From the NCBI GenBank assembly GCA_030704615.1, contig CM060734.1:26350001-26414000 (forward strand): DNA of 64,000 nt, given 5' to 3'. A program made the position numbers and the translations under genes. Shown here piece after piece: positions 38,371 through 52,040 of the stretch; position 1 is the first letter of the stretch, and every line of letters begins with the position of its first letter. Under the pieces are notes generated by a model. The model worked only from the letters and a program-made list of their open reading frames with translations, ran no database searches and was not told where the DNA came from. The stretch comes from Takakia lepidozioides (Eukaryota; Plantae; Bryophyta).

Positions 38371-39085
38371 GTCCCATGTCTTTCATTTCTTTTAATGTGG
38401 CAATAACCAAAACTCTCTTCTGTAATATCTCTCGTATATGCCTGGTTTCTTTCAAGCTTCAATGCACCCTTGGCTATACTTGAAGTCTCCGTTACCATAT
38501 AACCATATGGCAAACAAGTCTGAAAAGCTGTTCTTGGTGTGAGTTTGATCCACAAAATATCCTTTGGAATCCAATTCTTTACCAGTACAAGCTCTTCATG
38601 CATATGAGTATAAACATTCACCTTTCTTTCTTCCCAGCCTTCAAACTCTACTCGTTTAATGGATAGCAATGCTATCACATAAACCAATGTTGGTAACCAA
38701 CGTGCTCTTCCTCTACAGGCTACCTGATAAATCTTTATCACTCCTTTCTCCAGACCCCATTCTGGATCAGCATCATGCACTCGTTTAAGAATATTTTCTT
38801 TACACCGTCTGGCAATTCCAAGAACCTTTGAAAGAATTGTTTGGACAATCTTTCTTCCTTCGTTCCACAGGGAATTTGATTCACTTCAAATTCTTTAATG
38901 GTCCAACCACCATGATCCCACCAGATGCCTGTCACATCTGGTTGTTCATGTCCCAGGTCCCCAGTATGGTCGCCAAATGTCGCGCGGCTTTTACTCACCC
39001 ATCCCTTCGCTATCCGAGGCGGAAACTCCAAGATAGAAGAGTTGGAAATCTCTAAGTACTCAGCCCGCGCAGAACAATCAGTCAT
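38367..39085 (-). pseudogene. ORF0 of element B
   Basis: ORFs 38738-39085 and 38367-38780, homologous to 13111-13836. Confidence 0.55.
38958..38975 (-). other. Primer-binding site of element B
   Basis: TGGCGACCATACTGGGGA. Confidence 0.8.
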
Positions 39086-40003
39086 GACCTACAGCTAGTG
39101 TATCATGGGGGTGTTTCCTATTTGTTTCCTTTTCCGCATTCATCTTAGCTACCTTACCATTGATAATTAAGTATCAGTTTGCTTCATCAATCTATCGGTT
39201 TCCTTCACTCATCCATTCAATCCACAGCTTCACTCAGATCTCTCTACACAGTGTGATTGTATCGTATAAGTATCAGATTATGATTTATCAGGTATCAGGC
39301 CGAAGCCATTATGTCTCTAATCTGCTCTACAATATCACTACAGCTTTGCATATAACAAGCATCTACTAATCCTCTTTCTCCTTCATCGTGCTCTCTCCGA
39401 TCTCCGCTCCGCCTGACTCCGAAGTCCTCCCCACATCCTTCATTCCCCGTTTTCCCTTTATCCTCCTATCCGCGGTTCTAACCGTTTCCCTCTCTAACCG
39501 TCGTATGTGAACTAACATGTTCCCTTCACAGGTGTTGTTCCCCACAGTCGTTCCCTGTCCTACTCTTCGTTCCCTATTATCGTGACAGCTGTGTCAAGCG
39601 GTGACTGGCTGTGTTTGGCTGTGGCTGTGAGGCTGTGACTGGCTGTGTGGGCTGTGTGGGCTGTGACTGGCTTGGCTGTGTCTGCTGTGACGCTGTGACT
39701 GTGTGGGCTGTGTGTGGCTGTGACGACTGTGTGCTGTGTGGGCTGTGTGGGCTGTGTGACTGTGGCTGTGTGTGTGGGCTGTGTGGGCTGTGACGCTGTG
39801 ACGGGCTGTGTGGTGTGCGGCTGTGTGGGCTGTGACGACTGTGACGGGCTGTGTTGGCTGTGTGGGCTGTGACTGCTGTGCGGCTGTGCTATGTAACCCC
39901 TCTACAGTGCGCTGCTGTCACCCTAAGGTTCTGTTTGTCTCAGTCTGTGCAAAAATTAAGGGTACCCTACAGATCCCAAGTGTAAGTCCCCTACAGTCCT
40001 CTA
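38978..40003 (-). repeat. 5' LTR of element B (terminal TGT missing)
   Basis: Matches 26627-27729 with many small deletions. Confidence 0.9.
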
Positions 40004-40014
40004 TGGGTGAGTGC

Positions 40015-43000
40015 ATTACCCACCATATTTTTATGAAGAAAGAGAAGGAGAAATGGAAATCCTAGAGGAACCAGCCACTGTGATTTACAGGATGAAGTGG
40101 TGACTGTTGGACAATCACAGCTGATGAGCAGGTGAGAGAAGTGAATGTGGGAACTGAAGAGGAACCGAGGATGGTGAAGGTAGGGGCTGATTTGGAGCCA
40201 GAATTCTTTGAGGAAGCTAAGAGTTTGTTCATCAAATACAGAGATGTATTTGCTTGGAGCTAGGATCTAAAAGGGATACCACCTGAGATCTGTCAGCATA
40301 AGATTGAACTGGAACCAGGGTCAGTACCAATCAAACAGGCAAGGTACAGAATGAATCCCAACTATGCACAGAAGGTTGGAGAAGAGATCAAGAAGTTGGC
40401 TGAGGCTAAGTTTATATACCGATAGAGTATACAACTTGGTTGTCACCCATTGTGATAGTTCCCAAGAAGAATGGTAAACTGAGAGTTTGTGTGAACTATA
40501 AGAAGTTGAATGCTTGCACGAAGAAAGATCATTTCCTTTGCCATTCACAGAAGCGGTATTGGACACTGTGGCAGGCCATGAGATGTACTCATTCATGGAT
40601 GGCTTTAGTGGTTATAATCAAGTGCAAGTGGCAGAAGAAGACCAGGGAAAGACAGCTTTCATCACAGACTGGGGTGCTTATGCATACAAAGTCATGCCTT
40701 TTGGACTTTGTAATGCACCAGCAACCTTTCAGAGAGTGATAAGTGAATCTTTTCATGAGTATCTGGATGATTTCATGCAGGTGTTCTTGGATGATTTCAG
40801 TGTGTACAGCTCTAAGAATGAGCACTTGCATAAATTGGAGTTATGTTTGGCCAGATGCAGGATGAGAGGTCTGGGCCTGAATCCAGAGAAGTGTACTTTC
40901 TGTGTGAACTCAGGGGTGCTTTTGGGACACATTGTGTGTAAGAGGGGACTTCTTTGGATCCCAGGAAGACAGAGGCCATTAAAGCCTCTCCACCACCAGT
41001 AAATGTTAAGAGTCTAAGGAGATTCCTTGGACAAACCAGTTATTACAGAAGATTTGTCAAAAGGTATGCACAGATAGCAGCACCATTGAGCAAGCTTCTG
41101 AAGAAAGATGCAGTGTTTGCATGGACAGCTGAATGTCAACAGGCTTTTGAGGAACTTACATTGTCAGTAACAACTACACCTGTGCTGATTAACCCTCACT
41201 GGCATGTAGTATTTCATGTTCACTGTGATGCCTCAGGAGAAGCGTTGGGAGCGGTGTTAGCCCAAAATGTTACAGGAATATAGATTCACCTGTGTACTAT
41301 GCTAGCAGGTTGATGAACAGTGCTGAAAGGAACTATAGCACAACTGAAAGAGAAGCACTGGCAATGATTTATGCAGTCAAGAAATTCAGGCATTACCTAT
41401 TGGGAAGAAAGTTTATGTTTTATGTGGATCACCAGGCTCTGATATATCTGGTGAACAAACCTTTGATAAGTGGAAGGATAGCAAGGTGGTTAATAATCTT
41501 GCACGAGTTTGAGTTCGAAGTTGTTTACAAGCCTGGCCGTTTGCATCTTGTGGCAGATCATTTGTCACGCCTAACAACAGGAGAGCCGCCACAGGAGTAG
41601 ACGACCAATTACCTGATGCGAGTTTATTTGCAATGGAGGTGCAGGAAGTGCAGATGAATGGTTAGATTGGCAGTGGCCAATCAGATACTACCTTACTCAT
41701 GGTCAGTGCCCACCTAGTTATGGTAAGGAGCAGAGGAAGAGAATCGCTATCAAGGCTTTACCTTATACTATGGTAGGGGCAGAATGTATAAGCTAGGACC
41801 TGATGGAGTACTTAAACGATGCTTGTACCACCATGAAGTAAATAAAGTTTTGGAGGAAGTTCATAAAGGAGTGGCTGGAGGTCATTTTGGAGAAGAGACT
41901 ACCAGTAGGAAGATACTACTTGCAGGTTACTGGTGGCCTACTTTGTTCAAAATGTACACAAGTATTGTCAGAGTTGTGATGAATGTCAGAGGCTAGGACC
42001 TTTGCAGAGATCTGGGAAGATGGCTTTGCATCCTACAATGCCTACTGAACCATTTCAGAAATGGGGACTAGACTTTGTTGGACCAATTAACCCACCAGCC
42101 AAGAATACACAGAACAAGTACATAATTACAGCCACTGATTATACTACGAAGTGGGTGGAAGCTAAAGCTTTGAGGGACAACACAGCCAAGTCCACAAAAG
42201 GTTCCTGTATGAGAACATACTTACACGATTTGGCTGTCCCTTGGAATTTATCAGTGACCAGGGAAGTCACTTCATTAATGAGACCATTGAACTATTGACT
42301 AAAGAGTTCATGATTGTGCATAGGAAGAGTACAACGTATTACCCACAGGGTAATGGGCAGGCAGAGGCTACCAAAAAATACTATGTACTATCTTGGCTAA
42401 GATAGTCAATGCAAACAGAACAGATTGGGATACAAAGCTGCTGACAGCTTTGTGGTCATACAGGACTTCATATAAAGTCACCACTAAGTATACACCATTC
42501 CAATTAGTTTATGGTATGGAAGCTTTACTTCCAGTGGAATTCTTGTTACCTACCATGAGAACGGAATGGGGAAAGAGAATGGAATTGAAGATTCAATTAA
42601 GGTCAGGAAACATGAATTATACCATGTGGAAGAAGTACGTGCTGATGCAGCTGATAACATGACCAGAATTCAGATGAAGAGGAAGGAACAGTTTGATGAA
42701 GGCAAATTAAAGACTTTTAAGACGGGGATTTGGTTCTCTGGTTGCAGAGAAGGGGAAGATTAAAGCTTCTAAGCTTAAATCACCATGGAAAGGACCTTAT
42801 GTCATACAGAAGATGTATGATAACAACACCGCCATGTTACAAACCATTAACAAAGAGATGCTGGGAAGAGTCAATGCCAATAAGTTGAAGGGGTACAGTG
42901 GTATCCATGACAAACCATTGCAGCACGATTTGCATGTTGAAACGCAAAAGCAGTCACGGCTGCGCCAGTGATACCAACGGAGTATGGAGCACTTGTCGCT

Positions 43001-44560
43001 AAGCCGAGCGTATATGACCAGGGCGGGCAGTACAAGACACAATCACAGCCCATCACATCACAGCCATGTCACAGCCTATCACAGCACAACACAGTCACAG
43101 CCCACCAACACAGCCTATCACAGCCCACACAGCGTGACACAGCCTATCACAGCCACACACACAGCCTATCACAGCTCAACACAGCCTACTGGGGTTACAC
43201 GTCCATAGGATCAGTGACAGGTGGACATGGGTTAACATCCGGAGAGTGGCCGGCGGAAAAGGGACGGGGCAGGTTTAGAAATGGACACGTGGACGCCAGG
43301 GCGAGACACACAGCGGACATGATTGCAAAACGGGTGTCATCAAGAAAGAAGACAAAATGGCCGTCAAAGTACCTACCCGGCACAACCAAAATTTATTGTG
43401 GGCCCATTAATGCATACAGGGTAACGGAACCCTTTAAGTACAGAAAAGCGAAATCCATGTCACATGCTATCCTAATGGACAGTCCAGGGGGGAAATCCAC
43501 GGAAGGGAATTAAATTAAATCAATCACAGAGCCAACAGCCAATCATAAGCCAGAATTACCTGCAGAGGTTTTTCCAAGAACAAAATCAAGAATTTAGAGG
43601 GATTCTGAGCGCAAGAGTCGAAGTAACGGGCGTCTCGACGGAGAGACAATCAAAGCTATAGCTTTGAAGCTATGGCGGAAATAACAGACTACACACTCGC
43701 TTACTACTTACGCAGTGGCACAAGGACGGACGAACGGAGAGTATTTTCTCTAAATCGATACTTGCAAGCCCCACAGGCTTACAAGCACTTACCCATTTCA
43801 TTCTGCGCCAACCATACTTTTATGCTTTGTGCCCTGCAGCGTTTCTTCAGTTGTTCAACCAAAACCTTTCTGTTTGTCTAGAATGAAGAGAGTGAGAGGA
43901 ATGGAGGATATCAGGGTGAAGAGCACCACAATCTTACAGAAGCAAACGATTGCTGCACCACAGGCACAGCTACTGAAGGAGCTGCGATTGGAGGGATTGC
44001 TACGCAAGACTGGTCCTTGCATCATCGGCAGTTCATGATACAATTTCTTCAGAACTTTGAGCCTCGGACAGGAGTTACTCAGGTGAGGGGGAGTAGATAT
44101 GAAATTACTCCCCAGTACCTGCAGCAATTGTTTGATTTGCCATCAGGACATGTGGATGTGGATGAGCACAGGGCAAGATTGCAGATAGGAATTTGTTCCA
44201 AGAAGGGAGTTTCTTTAAACTCAAGGTTTGCTTGTACCAAAGCCGAGTACCAGGGCTAAGGGAAGTTGGAATCTGAACGTTCTGTTTGCCATGAAACAGA
44301 ACCAACAGTATTTGAGCAGGTCATTCACAGAGGAGACTGAAAGCCGGAGTTAATGTACAACTGGTGGCGAGATGAAGAGGTTACAGGGCACTGCTGCTAA
44401 GTCTCCGATCATTGTGTCCGGTCCAGTCATTGCCCAAATATTCTTGATTCTTGCATACTTGACAGAACGTAAGGAGATTGAGGCAGAAACCACTGCAATT
44501 GAAGAGCAAGGCTCTTCACACAATGAGGGTGGACTAGTCTAAGAGATGGGTATGACTGTA
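40015..44560 (+). mobile_element. Partial gypsy copy C (RT-RH-INT, minisatellite, start of extra ORF), no LTRs
   Basis: Near-identical peptides to A and B on the opposite strand. Deletion density increases rightwards. Confidence 0.92.
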
Positions 44561-45386
44561 GATCCACTGGCTTCACGGCGATAAAGCTCTTGTGCATGAT
44601 AGGGGCTGCTATTTCATGAGCGGCATGGCATGAGGCATGAGCATGAGCGGAAAAAAAAAAAAAGCATGAGCAGACCATTGTGAGTCCACGGAAATAGGGT
44701 TAGGAGGCACGGAAATAGGGTCATGTGAAGTTGGAATGTGGCACCAGTGGACTTGAAATGCAACATTTTATTGCAAATTTTGTGGCAAGCCACGTCTATA
44801 CAAGTGTGTTCTAACTGTCATAGCCGGAATGGGCACTACTCTCCTACACCCTCCGAGGAACTTGCCCCACCTTCTTCCTCATCCCCCTCATCCCCCTCAT
44901 CCTCCGAGCTCTGTGATGCATCAGTTCCACTATGCCTCTCAAAAATCCCGTCCTCTCCTTGGGGGACTGTCCACCTCACCTCCTGGGAATCTGCGTCTTC
45001 TCCCCCACTTTCCTCAGCAGAATCCAAGACAAATCTACGAGCCCGACGGGCTCTAATAGCTGCTGCCTCCTCCCTCATCTTCATTTTCTTGAGGCTTGCC
45101 TCGTCTAAATCTGCTGTACACGACTAGGTTCGGAACACCTCCTAATGGACACCGAAGCAAGCCGGGCAGCATAAGTAGGAAGGATGTACTCCCTTTCTGG
45201 ACTAGGCATGAAATCCCCCTGGCAAAAAAAGGCACGTTCCTCCTGCCCATGAACTCCGGTGTAGACGTCCCTCCGGCAGTACTTGGCATCCTACAGTAAG
45301 AACAAATCCACTTCAAGAATGTCAATACCAGCACAACCAGAAAGGGTTTTCAATGAAATAAGAGAGCGGAGGGAGGTGCCTCACGA

Positions 45387-45886
45387 NNNNNNNNNNNNNN
45401 NNNNNNNNNNNNNNNNNNNNNNNNNNNNNNNNNNNNNNNNNNNNNNNNNNNNNNNNNNNNNNNNNNNNNNNNNNNNNNNNNNNNNNNNNNNNNNNNNNNN
45501 NNNNNNNNNNNNNNNNNNNNNNNNNNNNNNNNNNNNNNNNNNNNNNNNNNNNNNNNNNNNNNNNNNNNNNNNNNNNNNNNNNNNNNNNNNNNNNNNNNNN
45601 NNNNNNNNNNNNNNNNNNNNNNNNNNNNNNNNNNNNNNNNNNNNNNNNNNNNNNNNNNNNNNNNNNNNNNNNNNNNNNNNNNNNNNNNNNNNNNNNNNNN
45701 NNNNNNNNNNNNNNNNNNNNNNNNNNNNNNNNNNNNNNNNNNNNNNNNNNNNNNNNNNNNNNNNNNNNNNNNNNNNNNNNNNNNNNNNNNNNNNNNNNNN
45801 NNNNNNNNNNNNNNNNNNNNNNNNNNNNNNNNNNNNNNNNNNNNNNNNNNNNNNNNNNNNNNNNNNNNNNNNNNNNNNNNNNNNNN
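45387..45886. other. Assembly gap (500 N)
   Basis: Run of N. Confidence 0.99.
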
Positions 45887-47579
45887 AACATGGCCAAGAC
45901 GGAGGGGATGAGTGCACTACAAGGCACTAGTATGGCTGAGGGGGGCGGGGGGGGGGGGGGTGGTTGTGTCATGGCCAAGGATTGGATGAGAGCTCTGTGG
46001 GAGTTAGGGGAACGCCGCCTGGTTTACGTACTCAGGCGAAGGGCGCGGAGTCATCAGGCTCATCGGATAGCTATGACTCCTCCTCTGACGATGAGGATGA
46101 GGATGAGTAGGTCCCAGGGTCAGTCTACTGAACCCTTGTGAGCAAAGAATTCAGCTCATTGCTTGTAAATATATTTCCATTTGTACATATATTTCCATCT
46201 TCCATCTTATTCATGTGTTGCACGGCCTCACCCTCGATTCATGCTTGCTTGAACCAATGCAATAAACAAAATTGAGTACCTGTTAAATCAGAGCAATGGA
46301 AGCTCTAATGTCTTCCCAAGAAAGAAACCAGGGAAAAACTCTAAATCACCCCCAATTCACCCCCCAAAATGAAAACCACACCCCCCCCCCACCCGCATCG
46401 CCACCCCAGGGCGTCGCTTGGGCCAGCGCCCTTGCGACGGGTTTTTTAGGCTTGCCACGGATGGGGGTCGCAACTAGCCACGGCCGGGCGTGGCTAGCAG
46501 CAACGCAGTGGCAAAGTTGGACACCCCCCGTGCGACGGGTTTATCTTCTGTGCGACGTTCGGGGGTGGCTAGCTGCGACGCCTCGGCGTCCCTGAGCCCA
46601 ACATGAGGCCTCCCCCACCTATTTGTTTTTTGTAAAAAAAAAAAAGGCACCCAGCCACCCCCGAGCGTCGCAAGTAACCACGTGTGCTCTGCCTCATTGG
46701 CAACCCCACGGGAGTGCACCCAACTGGCCAAGAATGTCTCTGCCTCCTGAAGACGAATACCCTACCCCCCCCCCCCCCCCCCCCCAAATTCAAAAAAAAG
46801 AAACAAACAAAAAAGAAATACATGCATGCAAAGGAAATGACAAAACATGGAAGGGGCAAGGTATGACGGTAGTACCTTTGCAAGCTTGGCCGACTCGGCC
46901 CCGGTGTCACCTGATGTGGCAGGAGTCCCAGCTTCCGGAAGTCCCCATGCTATCCCCTCCCGGAGCGCCGCTGGAAGTAGGTTCCAGATGTCGACCATAG
47001 CCGGCGGCGGCGCCCGGTAGTCCACGCCCTTCTTTGCTGACAGCTCAGGCTGAGGGGGCGGCATTGCTGATTGGCTAGGCCGCTCCAAACCGGTCCGTAG
47101 CTTCCCCCCCCCCACAAATGCGTAGCAGGGTAGAAGCCCTCACCCGGCTTCACTAATTCGAGGTGCTTCGCTATCTTGGCCTCCTCATTGGCCCTCCTCG
47201 TCAACTCCTCCCTCATAAAGTTCAGATTGTAGGCATGTTTATTTGTATGGTTCCTTTGTAACCAGAAGTAAAAGCTACAAAGAAGAGGGAGGTCATTTAT
47301 GTGATGGGGTCTGGTATGCACTCCCTTACGGGGTGAGTGCATACCACACTCACTCCATAAGGAGCTGCCATACCAGGGGATGGTTGGTGGGTTCCCTCTC
47401 TCTCCCTCTCTCTCTCTCCCTCCCTCCATGGATCTGGCTGCATTGGGCTAGGAACCGCCAGTTCCCGAGGCCCTTCAACCACACGTCTATTTTGTCGTGA
47501 AAGTGACAATGGAAATCTTACAAAACATGCAATATCACATGCATGCATAGCAATATTGATGGTGTTTTTGTGGAATATG

Positions 47580-49150
47580 TACCGCCCAATATGGCAATTC
47601 GTAGAAGATTGAAAGCCGCTTCATGCCGGGCACCTCCACTTCACCGGACCCCTCCGGATGGGCCTCCTTCCATCGGTCTTCCCAAAAGTGCCCGGATGGT
47701 GTCACAGGTGGGGGACGTAACTCCACTTTGCCATCAAACAAGTGTTTGTCTCTTCTTCTCCAATGATGGCTCATAGGAAGAAACTTGCGGTAGTTGGGAT
47801 ACACCATCTTGCGAAGATTGCTGGAGCTTTGTGCATCAAGTTCATCACCACAATGCAGGCATGCGTGGTACCCTTTAGTGCTCAACCCCGAGCAAACAGT
47901 AAGTCCTGTAGACATTTCGCCACATTAAGAAAGACAAAAAGTTTCCATGTGCATCTACCCCACTACGGTGCAGAAGACTGTCGCCGCTACTTCAATCAAT
48001 CCCAATCCTCATCAATATCCCTTGACAGGTAAATGTACGCGGGTTTCTCATGGGGAACATAATATACCTGGATAATCATGCATTGTCCAAAGCAAGATGC
48101 CTCTCATCTGAAAAGATTGTCCGGCCATAGGGTCAAGTGAAGCATCCAATGCCGAGACCCCCCTCCATAGCTCCTTCAGTTCATCAACTAGAGGTCGCAA
48201 GTACGTGTCCATGTCTTTCACTTGTTTTTTCCCTATGAGACATTCACACCATTAATTGTTTCAATGCTCCACCATGCTAATTATACTTCATAATGAATGA
48301 CACATCTTACTACATGATTACGTCACTCATCAATCTTCCATTGGAATTGCGCCAAAGAGAAGAATATTAATGTAAAATCCAAAGAAGTAATAAGCATGAA
48401 ATGGGAACACTCACCCAGTACAATGGCAGCCAACATGATATGGCCTTTTTTTATTGAAAGATACGGAGGGATGTTGTAATTCACCATGGTCACCGACCAA
48501 GTGGAATGACTACATGACTGGACAGAGTATGGGTTGACCCCATCCGAGGAGAAGCCGAGGCGGACATGTCGTGGGTCCTCCAAGAGAAAAGGCCACATCT
48601 CTTCAGTATGCCTCCATGCTTGTGAATCTTGTGGCCCGCACACCTTTCTCGGGGGGCTCCGATGCGAGGCGTGCCATCTCATCAGTTGTGCCAATGAGGG
48701 GCTTCGGTAGTGTCCCTGCAGTCGCGGGATGATTGGAAAGTAGTGCATTTTCTGGCACCATCCCCATGTCGGCCCTATATCATAATCAGTGACATTCATA
48801 TCTCTAAGTAAAACCTTACGTCTTGTAGCGGTTGCAAAAAGGTAGAATGCAATATACAAGTGTATTGTGGCGCGGGTATACCTTGCGCGGGGCTTTCTTC
48901 CCTTGAACATCATCCCGATATCGGTCTTTGTTGCACTTTGGACACTTGGTGAGTTTCGCATCCTCTCCATAGTACAGTGTTTTATCACATTGACATGCAT
49001 GAAAAATCTTATAGCCCATCCCCACAGCATCCAAGGCTGCTCTTGCTTTCTTGATCGTGGCATTATCGGCTTCAAATGTGGGGCAAGGATGTAATCCGCA
49101 ATAGTCCGCATTATGGCGGACATACCCACATTGCTTATGCTAAACCGGAT
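47580..49150 (-). pseudogene. CACTA/En-Spm TnpD (Tnp2/Transposase_21-like) transposase, intron-containing, decayed
   Basis: HACQCD...CPKCNKDRY, YFPIIPRLQ, LMRWH, DSQAW, DPRHVRLGFSSDGVNPY, STWSV..VNYNIPP, DTYLRPLVDELKELW, SGLSTKGYHACLHC, RKFLPMSHHWR, SIFYELPYW. Confidence 0.9.
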
Positions 49151-51479
49151 TTGCAAATTCCCGGAGGACCCGGATACGGACTCGGTGGTGGCTGTGGTCT
49201 CTGCAATGGAGGGGAAGGGACACGTAGGTTGGTATGAGGGATCTCGCGTGGAGGTAGTACTGGCCGAGATGGCCGGGATGGCGATCATGATGAGGAAAGA
49301 ACATGTACAATAGGAGGAACGGACGATGCGGATGATGGGGGTGCCGATGTCGAGGATGTCGAATTCGGACTCGGTGGCGGCTGTGGTCTCGGCAATGGAG
49401 GGGAAGGGACACTTAGCCGGTCGGTATGAGGGACCTCGGATAGCAATGGTGATGAAGAAAGACCATCTACAATAGGAGGAATGGACGATGCGGATGATGG
49501 TGATGATGGGGGTGCCGATGTCGAGGATGACGAATGTGTGTGTGTAGGTGGCAAGCGCCTAGCCCGGTGCCCAAAAATAGAAAAACACGCATCGTACCCC
49601 GCTACCTCACAAACTGCATCTACGTGATGTTGCGAGAAAAAAATGTTCACATCCGGAACGGTGTGGGGCTCGTAAGAAGGAAGAAACCCGCATCGGTATG
49701 CCTCTTCAGCAAAAAAATTGCGAACTTGGACATCAAGACGGGGCTGCAAGATGCATGATATGAAATGCATCAATACTCAATTCACAAATGCGAGGTTTCA
49801 TTAGATATAGTACTTTTAATTGAGGAGTACGTGAGAAGATATATGGACGACTTACCTTTGCTGCATCATCAATCTCGTACTTGGCGTAATGTTTTTGCAC
49901 AACATGGGGTCGCCGCATCATCGGTTTGGTCCTCCCAACCGGTAGTCGTGCCCAACACCAACTGCACCAACACTCAATCTTGGGGAGGCGGTCCCGGCGG
50001 GGTCTCCCCGGGGCTCGTGCCTCTGGACTTGGCGGCCTTCGACCTCGGGGTGGTGGCCGTGGGGGCAAAGCTGTGCGGACATGGCGATGCCGCCTAACTC
50101 GTAGACGAGGCGAACGTGCTGTCTCGCCCTCAACAGGTAGTTGTGGCAAAGCCGGCAACGAATCCTCAAGTGTGACACGTCGATAAACACGTGGCATGAC
50201 CTAGCACAAGAGAGAGGTAGAGTACCGTACTGTGACCCACTGTAACCTCCGGAGGAGTTACAGTCCCAACCCTTGGAAAAACTTGAAAAAAAAACCCTAC
50301 AAACGTAAAGCCATATGTCCCCACCCCACAAAAAACAAAACCCTAAAAACAAAACTATATTGTAGCTAATCCTAAACTAACTATATTATAACTAACCCTA
50401 AACTAAACTATGTAACCCTTAAAACCCTAAGAGCCAAAGACCCAAAAACCCAAATGATCCTTGCAAAACCCCATAACCCAAAAAACCAAAAAAATAAAAA
50501 ATAAAAAATGAGAGGCCTCTTCAACTCACCTCTGCGACTGTCGTGTGACGTCCCCTTGAGGCAACGACGCCCGTGCGATTCCCCAATGTCGCAGCGGATC
50601 CTCCTCCTGCCAAGGTGGCCGCCCTTCTCTCCCCTTCTCTCTCCCCTTCGCGAAGGTGCCTGATCGCCGCCGAGGTTTTCTGGTGGGGTCGCCACACTGG
50701 CGCGCCACGGCTGCACTGACTGCCTCTCACTCCCCCTCTCAATCTCTCTATCTGATCTCTCTCTCCCTCACCCTCCTCCTCTCACTCTTCCTCCCTCCCC
50801 TCCCTCTATCCCTACTATGTTTTTTTTTTGCTCTCGAGCTCTCCCGGGCGCAACTACCCCCGCGCGCCGGAGCGTTTTCCGGCGGCGGTGATGCAACACT
50901 GACGCGCCACGGCGTTCAAACCCACGCGCGCCCTCTCTCTCACTCTCCCTCTCGCCCTAATCCCTCTCCCTCACTCTCTCTCTCGCTCTCTCTCTCTCTC
51001 CCTCTTCTATCTTTTTTTTTTTTTTTTGCTGTTTGAGCGAGCTGGGAGCGCGCCCCCGTGACCTGCTTGTGGAGCGCCAGCCGAACGCCAGCGCCGCGGG
51101 CGGGACCGCCAGCGTGAAGGAGCTTCCGCGTGAGGGAGCTGCCCTCCCTCTCCTTCTCTCTCTCTCATTCTCCCTCTTAGCTCTCACTCTCCCTCTCGCC
51201 CTTATCTCTCTCCCTCATTCTCTCCCTCGCTCTCTCTCTCCCTCTTTTTTTTTTTTTTTTTTTGTTGTTTGAGTGAGGGAGTGCGCCCACGCGACCTGGT
51301 GGTGCAGCGCCAGCGTGAAGGAGCTGCTGTGTGAGGCGCCCAACTGTAGGTAAGCAGCCATGCATTTCTAGTGAGAGATTTCAGTGAGAGTTTGGGTTCC
51401 ACAGAGCAGACAGTGGAATTCCCACGGATCTCAGAGTATATAGGACAATAGAAGAAGTGTTTTTCAGTTTCAATTTCAT

Positions 51480-52040
51480 GGAGAGAGAGGGAGAGAGAGA
51501 AAGAGAGGGAGAGATTTCCCTTTTTTTTTTGGGACCTGCACAAAGGAGAAGGAGAGAGAGGGAGAGAGAGGGAGAGGGATAGAGGGGGCCAAGAAAATAA
51601 AAAACGAAGTTGGGGGGGGGGGACTGAGCAGCAGCAGCTCAGTCCCTCTTTGGTTTTTTTCTTTTGTGAGCAGCAGAGGGACAAAGACAGATGGAGGAGA
51701 GAAACGGAGAAATGAGGAAAAAAAAAAAAAAAAAGGTGGGGGGGGGGGGGGGTGACTGAGCAGTAGCTGCTGAGTCACTCCCCTCCCCACCTTCATTTTT
51801 AATTTTTTTTCCCTCAACACTCCCTCTCTCTTCACATCCTGATGGGACAGAGGGAGAGATGAGGGAAAATAAATAAAAAAGAAGGTGGGGGGGGGGGGCG
51901 GGTGTGATTGAGCAGCTGTTGCTCAGTCACTCCCCCCCACCTTCTTTTTTAGTTTTTTTTTCCCTCCTCACTCCCTCTTTCTCCATCTCTCCCTCTCTCT
52001 CCACATCTTCATGGGACAGAGGGAGAGATGAGGGAAGATA
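51480..52040. repeat. GA-rich/poly-G repeat with GTGACTGAGCAGC...GCTGCTCAGTCAC hairpins
   Basis: Same unit family as 61625-63010. Confidence 0.8.

Larger units (their letters stand above)
26627..40003 (-). mobile_element. Ty3/gypsy LTR retrotransposon copy B, essentially full length (~13.4 kb)
   Basis: Two LTRs, PBS, PPT, ORF0-gag-pol-extra ORF. No matching TSD found. Confidence 0.95.
44600..51373 (-). mobile_element. CACTA element remnant (ends uncertain)
   Basis: Contains the transposase. Candidate terminus CACTAGAAA on the minus strand at 51373, beside GC-rich repeats. No partner TIR confirmed and the interval spans the gap. Confidence 0.45.

Noticed and set aside
45283-45978. ORFs spanning X runs
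   Set aside because: Artefacts of the N gap.
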